A stretch of 64,000 bases of DNA from an uncultured Pseudomonadales bacterium (GTDB lineage: Bacteria > Patescibacteriota > Microgenomatia > UBA1400 > PJMF01). A program made the translations under genes and the position numbers. Below, in pieces: positions 59,636 to 64,000 of this stretch. Where the stretch lies: positions 6,064-70,063 of the forward strand of contig CAZYBC010000001.1 of assembly GCA_964645645.1 (NCBI GenBank), given 5' to 3'. Under the pieces are notes generated by a model. The model was not told the DNA's origin, made no database searches, and saw only the letters and a program-made list of their open reading frames with translations. Numbering within the stretch: position 1 is the stretch's first letter; every line of letters begins with the position of its first letter.

Positions 59636-61921
59636 ATGGAAATCAAAAGTATAAAAGAAATAAAAAACATTGGCATATTTGCAAATTTTGCAAATGGAGC
59701 AACTTTTCGCTTTGATGAAAAGATTACTTTTATTTATGGATTAAATACTTTTGGAAAGACTACACTTACGGATATTTTTCAATCTTTAAAAGACAATAAC
59801 TCAAATATAATAAATTCAAGAAGAACAATCCCCACACAACAAGGAAATCAAAAAGTAGTAATCTCAATATTTGATCAAAATCCTCCTGAAAAAGATTTAA
59901 TATTTCAAAACAATAATTGGGGACAAAATAGCTTATCAGAACATCTTGAAGTTTTTGGAACAGAATTTATTCATAGGAATCTATTTACAGGGTTATCTAT
60001 TGAAAGAGAAAATAAGGAGAATTTTACAGATTTTATTTTAGGAGAAGAAGGAGCAAAAATCGCTGAAAATATAGAAAATGATAAAAAAATTCTCGGGGAA
60101 AAGACAAGAAATAAAATAAATAAATTACCAAGGTTCATTAAAGAAAAATCAGAAAAAGAAATTACAGATTTTTTAAAGTTGGATATTTCAAGTTTAGATA
60201 AAAACAAAATTGAAGCAGATTTATTTAAATTAAAAACCGAAAAACAGGAAGAAGAAAGAAGATTGAAAGAACCTCAAAAAATTCTTAATTTAGAAAATCC
60301 AATTAAAGTAGTAATTCCTGAATTTACAATTTTAGAGAATTTAGAAAAAATAAATGATTATCTACAAAAAAATTATTCAAATATTAAAGAAAAGTTTTTA
60401 AAACGTTTAAACGAACATATAAATGAAAATTCTCTAAATCAAGATATCGCTGAAAACTGGATAAAACAAGGTTTTCATAATACAAAAGATAAAAACGGTA
60501 ATTGCTTGTTTTGTGGTCAGCCTTTAGTAAATGCAAAATATATTATTAATCTTTACGATAAATATTTTGATGTAAATTATTCAAACTATATCACGGAAAT
60601 AGAAACAGGTCTTAAAACAGAATTTAAAAATATTGAAAGTGCTTATTTTAACTTTCAAATTAAATTTACAAATCAATTTACTAGTGCTTCAAAATTTAAA
60701 GAGCTTATTTTAGATCAGTCATTTCAGGAGATATTAAATAATTTTGAAAAAAAACTTAAATGTATTAGTGATGATTCATTGGAAAATCAAAGGAAAATGC
60801 TAATACAAGCTATTAAAAAGAAAGCTGAACAGAAAAACAAAAAACCTTATATTTCAATAGATAAAATTAGTTTTGATGAATTTAAAAATAATCTGCAATC
60901 CTATATTAAATACTTGGCAGAAATAAATGATTTAATTGAAGAAACAGAGGAAAATATAAATAGTTTTAAAGAACAATACAAAGACACTTCAAAAATAACA
61001 GGCAAAATAAATGAGTTAAAGAAAAATATTGAAATTTTAGAATATCAAAAAGCAAGAATAGATCAAAACAAAGATTGTGAAGTTTATTTACAGGAAATTA
61101 AAGATATTAAAATTTTAAGCAAAAAAATTGATGAAAATAGGAAAAATCTCGAAGATAATCAAGATGAGTATTTAAAAAAATATTTTGTAAAAATAAACGA
61201 ATTATTTAAAAAATTTGGAAGTCATAATTTCATACTTGATAAAGTACAAGAAAACTTAGGGAATAAACCAGTTTATACTCTAAAAGTTAAATTTCATAAT
61301 CAAGAAATTTCAAATGAACAAATGAAAACTGTTTTTAGTGAGTCAGATAGAAGAGCTTTGGCTTTATCAATATTTTGGGCAAAAATTGAACTAAAAAAAG
61401 AAGTAGAAAAGCAAAAAACAATTGTTGTTTTAGATGATCCGATTACTAGTTTTGATGATAATAGAACGATGAATTTTATTTATTATATTAAAGATAATCT
61501 GCAAGAACTAAAGCAAATAATTATTTTTACTCATTACAATAAATTTCTATCAGATTACAATAAATTCACACAAGAAAAACACAAAACATATAAAATAGTA
61601 AGTGGAGGGAAACTAGATAATTTTGATTTAGATACTTTTTTAAAGAGCGAGTATGTTCAAACACTTGAAAAAATAGAAAACTTTATTAATGGAAAATCTA
61701 AAATTGATCCTGCGATTTTTAGATCATTTATTGATGTTTTATATAAACCTATATTTTCTGGAATAACACCAAATAACATTATTAATGATTTATATACAAA
61801 ATGTTGTACATTTAATCACAATGGTTTTAATTATGAACAAGAAGAAGAGAATGTAAGAAATTTTGCAAAAGAAATGAAAGAAAAACTTTATTCTTTTGAA
61901 TATAGAAATAATTCCGATTAA
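59636..61921 (+). CDS. RloC-like SMC/ABC ATPase (AAA_13) with zinc hook and short HEPN-like tail
   Basis: Walker A GLNTFGKTT, coiled coil with CLFCGQ hook, FSESDRR signature, LDDPITSFD Walker B, FTH; located inside the hsd operon. Confidence 0.75.
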   Translation: MEIKSIKEIKNIGIFANFANGATFRFDEKITFIYGLNTFGKTTLTDIFQSLKDNNSNIINSRRTIPTQQGNQKVVISIFDQNPPEKDLIFQNNNWGQNSLSEHLEVFGTEFIHRNLFTGLSIERENKENFTDFILGEEGAKIAENIENDKKILGEKTRNKINKLPRFIKEKSEKEITDFLKLDISSLDKNKIEADLFKLKTEKQEEERRLKEPQKILNLENPIKVVIPEFTILENLEKINDYLQKNYSNIKEKFLKRLNEHINENSLNQDIAENWIKQGFHNTKDKNGNCLFCGQPLVNAKYIINLYDKYFDVNYSNYITEIETGLKTEFKNIESAYFNFQIKFTNQFTSASKFKELILDQSFQEILNNFEKKLKCISDDSLENQRKMLIQAIKKKAEQKNKKPYISIDKISFDEFKNNLQSYIKYLAEINDLIEETEENINSFKEQYKDTSKITGKINELKKNIEILEYQKARIDQNKDCEVYLQEIKDIKILSKKIDENRKNLEDNQDEYLKKYFVKINELFKKFGSHNFILDKVQENLGNKPVYTLKVKFHNQEISNEQMKTVFSESDRRALALSIFWAKIELKKEVEKQKTIVVLDDPITSFDDNRTMNFIYYIKDNLQELKQIIIFTHYNKFLSDYNKFTQEKHKTYKIVSGGKLDNFDLDTFLKSEYVQTLEKIENFINGKSKIDPAIFRSFIDVLYKPIFSGITPNNIINDLYTKCCTFNHNGFNYEQEEENVRNFAKEMKEKLYSFEYRNNSD

Positions 61922-61924
61922 ACT

Positions 61925-63154
61925 ATGCCAACTCACCAATCCAAAATCGACCGCCTCATTAGCGACCTTTGTCCCAACGGTGTTGAGTATAAAACCCTGG
62001 GTGAGATAGGAACTTTCGTTCGAGGTAGCGGTTTACAAAAAACTAACTTTACTGAAACTGGAGTAGGATGCATTCACTATGGTCAAATCTACACCTACTA
62101 CAAATTATTTACTAAAAAGACAAAATCTTTTGTATCTTCTGAGCTTGCAGATAAATTAAAAAAGGTTCAAAAAGGAAACCTTGTAATTGCTTGTACTAGT
62201 GAAAATGTTGAAGATGTATGTAAATCTATTGTTTGGCTTGGGGATAAAGATATAGTTACTGGTGGTCACTCAACTATTTTTAAACACAACGAGAACCCGT
62301 TATACGTTGCTTATTTTTTTCAATCTAAAAATTTTTTTGATCAGAAAACAAAATACGTTAAGGGTACCAAAGTAATAGAAATGTCAGCTAAAGACTTGGC
62401 TAAAATAAAAATCCCCCTTCCTCCCCTTCTAATTCAAGCCGAAATCGTCAAAATTCTTGATAATTTTACAGAGCTGGAAGCAGAGCTGGAAGCAGAGCTG
62501 GAAGCAAGGAAGAAGCAATATGAGTACTATCGAGCAAGCTTGTTTGGAGTTAAAGATGCTATTTATAAAAACTTAGGGGATGTGTGTTATATAACATCTG
62601 GGGGGACTCCATCTAAATTAAAAAAGGAATATTGGGATAGTGGGGATATTCCTTGGATAAAATCTGAATCATGTAAAAATCAACCTGTGTATTCAGCGAC
62701 AAACTTTATAGCCGCAGATGGTTTGAAGAACTCTGGTGCCAAACTATTAGATTCTGATACCACGTTAATGGCTCTTGTTGGTGCAACCATTTTTAAAACC
62801 GCATTTTTAGAATTTAAAGCCAGCACAAATCAAAATATTGCGAGTATTAAGTCAAAAGATAAATTAATATTGAAGGATAAGTTCATCTTTTATTATTTAA
62901 CTCAACTTTATTTCGATTTAAAAAATAAAATGAAAAATTATGGAATGCTCAATTTAACAACACTAAGATCATTTAAAATTCCCATACCACCAATTAAAGA
63001 ACAACAACGCATCGTTTCCATTCTCGATAAATTTGACGCCCTCGTTAACGATATCTCTATTGGCCTACCAGCCGAACTTAGTGCAAGACGACAACAATAC
63101 GAGTATTATCGAAATAAGCTGCTGACATTTAAACCATTAAAAAATTATGCCTAA
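61925..63154 (+). CDS. hsdS: Type I RM specificity subunit (IC-like)
   Basis: Two TRDs, IPLPP..IQAEIV / IPIPPIKEQQRIV, RKKQYEYYR repeats. Confidence 0.96.
   Translation: MPTHQSKIDRLISDLCPNGVEYKTLGEIGTFVRGSGLQKTNFTETGVGCIHYGQIYTYYKLFTKKTKSFVSSELADKLKKVQKGNLVIACTSENVEDVCKSIVWLGDKDIVTGGHSTIFKHNENPLYVAYFFQSKNFFDQKTKYVKGTKVIEMSAKDLAKIKIPLPPLLIQAEIVKILDNFTELEAELEAELEARKKQYEYYRASLFGVKDAIYKNLGDVCYITSGGTPSKLKKEYWDSGDIPWIKSESCKNQPVYSATNFIAADGLKNSGAKLLDSDTTLMALVGATIFKTAFLEFKASTNQNIASIKSKDKLILKDKFIFYYLTQLYFDLKNKMKNYGMLNLTTLRSFKIPIPPIKEQQRIVSILDKFDALVNDISIGLPAELSARRQQYEYYRNKLLTFKPLKNYA
62471..62506 (+). repeat. 12-bp tandem repeat x3 in the hsdS central spacer
   Basis: GAGCTGGAAGCA x3, encoding ELEA x3. 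Confidence 0.95.
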
Positions 63155-63953
63155 AATAACCGTACAACAAACAGAAATTTCAATCCTTACTAAGCTCGGA
63201 AATGATTATATTTCTTTGACTGATATTGCAAAATATAAGAGTGATGATCCAACTGCAACAATTTCAAACTGGATGAGAAATCGTAATACTATCGAATATT
63301 TGGGCATCTGGGAGACCTTATATAATTCTGAGTTTAAACCCCTCGAATTCGAGGGGTTTAGAAAACAAGCAGGACTCAATGCTTTTACTATATCACCTCA
63401 AAAATGGATAGAAAAAACGAATGCAAAAGGAATCATCTCCAAATCAGGTCGCTATGGAGGCACCTATGCTCATAAAGATATTGCCTTAAAATTTGCTGCC
63501 TGGATTTCTATTGAATTTGAACTGTACTTTATAAAAGAATTTCAAAGACTTAAAGAGGCAGAGCAAAAACAGCTCGGTTGGTCGGCCAAACGTGAATTGG
63601 CTAAAATCAATTATCATATCCACACCGATGCCATCAAGAAAAATCTTATCCCACCAAAGCTTACTAAAGCTCAAATTAACTTTGTTTATGCCAACGAAGC
63701 CGACGTGCTTAACGTTGCTTTATTTGGCATAACTGCCAAACAATGGCGAGATATTAATGCTAATTTAAAAGGTAACATTCGCGACTACGCCAATATTCAT
63801 CAACTGATTTGTTTGTCTAACCTAGAAAATCTTAATGCCGTTTTTATTAACGATAAATTACCTCAAAGTGAACGTTTGGAAAAACTAAACAATATTGCCA
63901 TCGGCCAAATGAAAGTGTTACAAGAAATAGAAGGAAGAAAATTACTCAAATAA
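63147..63953 (+). CDS. KilA-N domain protein
   Basis: DYISLTDIAK, NWMRNRNT, GRYGGTYAHKDIA. Confidence 0.9.
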   Translation: MPKITVQQTEISILTKLGNDYISLTDIAKYKSDDPTATISNWMRNRNTIEYLGIWETLYNSEFKPLEFEGFRKQAGLNAFTISPQKWIEKTNAKGIISKSGRYGGTYAHKDIALKFAAWISIEFELYFIKEFQRLKEAEQKQLGWSAKRELAKINYHIHTDAIKKNLIPPKLTKAQINFVYANEADVLNVALFGITAKQWRDINANLKGNIRDYANIHQLICLSNLENLNAVFINDKLPQSERLEKLNNIAIGQMKVLQEIEGRKLLK

Positions 63954-63955
63954 CT

Positions 63956-64000
63956 ATGTCAAATCAAATAACTTATTACAACTTGGTTGCACAAGGATCT
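63956..64000 (+). CDS. hsdR: Probable type I HsdR, N-terminal fragment
   Basis: MSNQITYYNLVAQGS starts 2 nt after the KilA-N stop, in the expected operon position. Only 15 codons are visible. Confidence 0.5.
   Translation, partial: MSNQITYYNLVAQGS

Noticed and set aside
8643-63674. Short ORFs nested in or antisense to clear genes (e.g. 8643, 9081, 23027, 26546, 35958, 38027, 58693, 59971, 63486)
   Set aside because: They overlap well-supported CDSs and show no motifs.
1-64000. Alternative genetic code (UGA=Gly or amber recoding)
   Set aside because: Conserved genes are full length under code 11, and TGA and TAG end genes at the expected positions.

Overview
AT-rich bacterial chromosome segment, probably a Patescibacteria (CPR; Microgenomates-like) genome. 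This is inferred from gene style and content, and the genome uses the standard code. The left ~6.5 kb is the end of a higher-GC integrated element at the 3' end of tRNA-Asn, carrying a large serine recombinase, phage-satellite-like HTH/replication genes and a type I hsdR that the ORF track missed. The middle is mostly housekeeping: rpoD, map, a RibA-like protein, a UvrD-nuclease fusion, dus, recA, rny, secG, femX/murF, prfB, ftsEX-M23 and mnmA, plus four more tRNAs. The right end is a type I RM locus (hsdM, RloC-like SMC ATPase, hsdS, KilA-N, hsdR start). Main observations: (1) a tRNA-shaped RNA whose anticodon loop is replaced by a long hairpin, directly upstream of the RM and anticodon-nuclease-like operon; (2) a very AT-rich GT2, radical SAM, isonitrile-synthase-like, small peptide and MFS cluster; (3) a five-copy palindromic MITE/RPE-like family; (4) a ~250-bp structured non-coding insertion that duplicates the tRNA-Ser(GGA) 3' end; (5) a 6S-RNA-like candidate upstream of rny; (6) an NDT-RHH regulator divergent from a RibA with an altered active site. 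All family assignments come from motif recognition by eye, not database searches.
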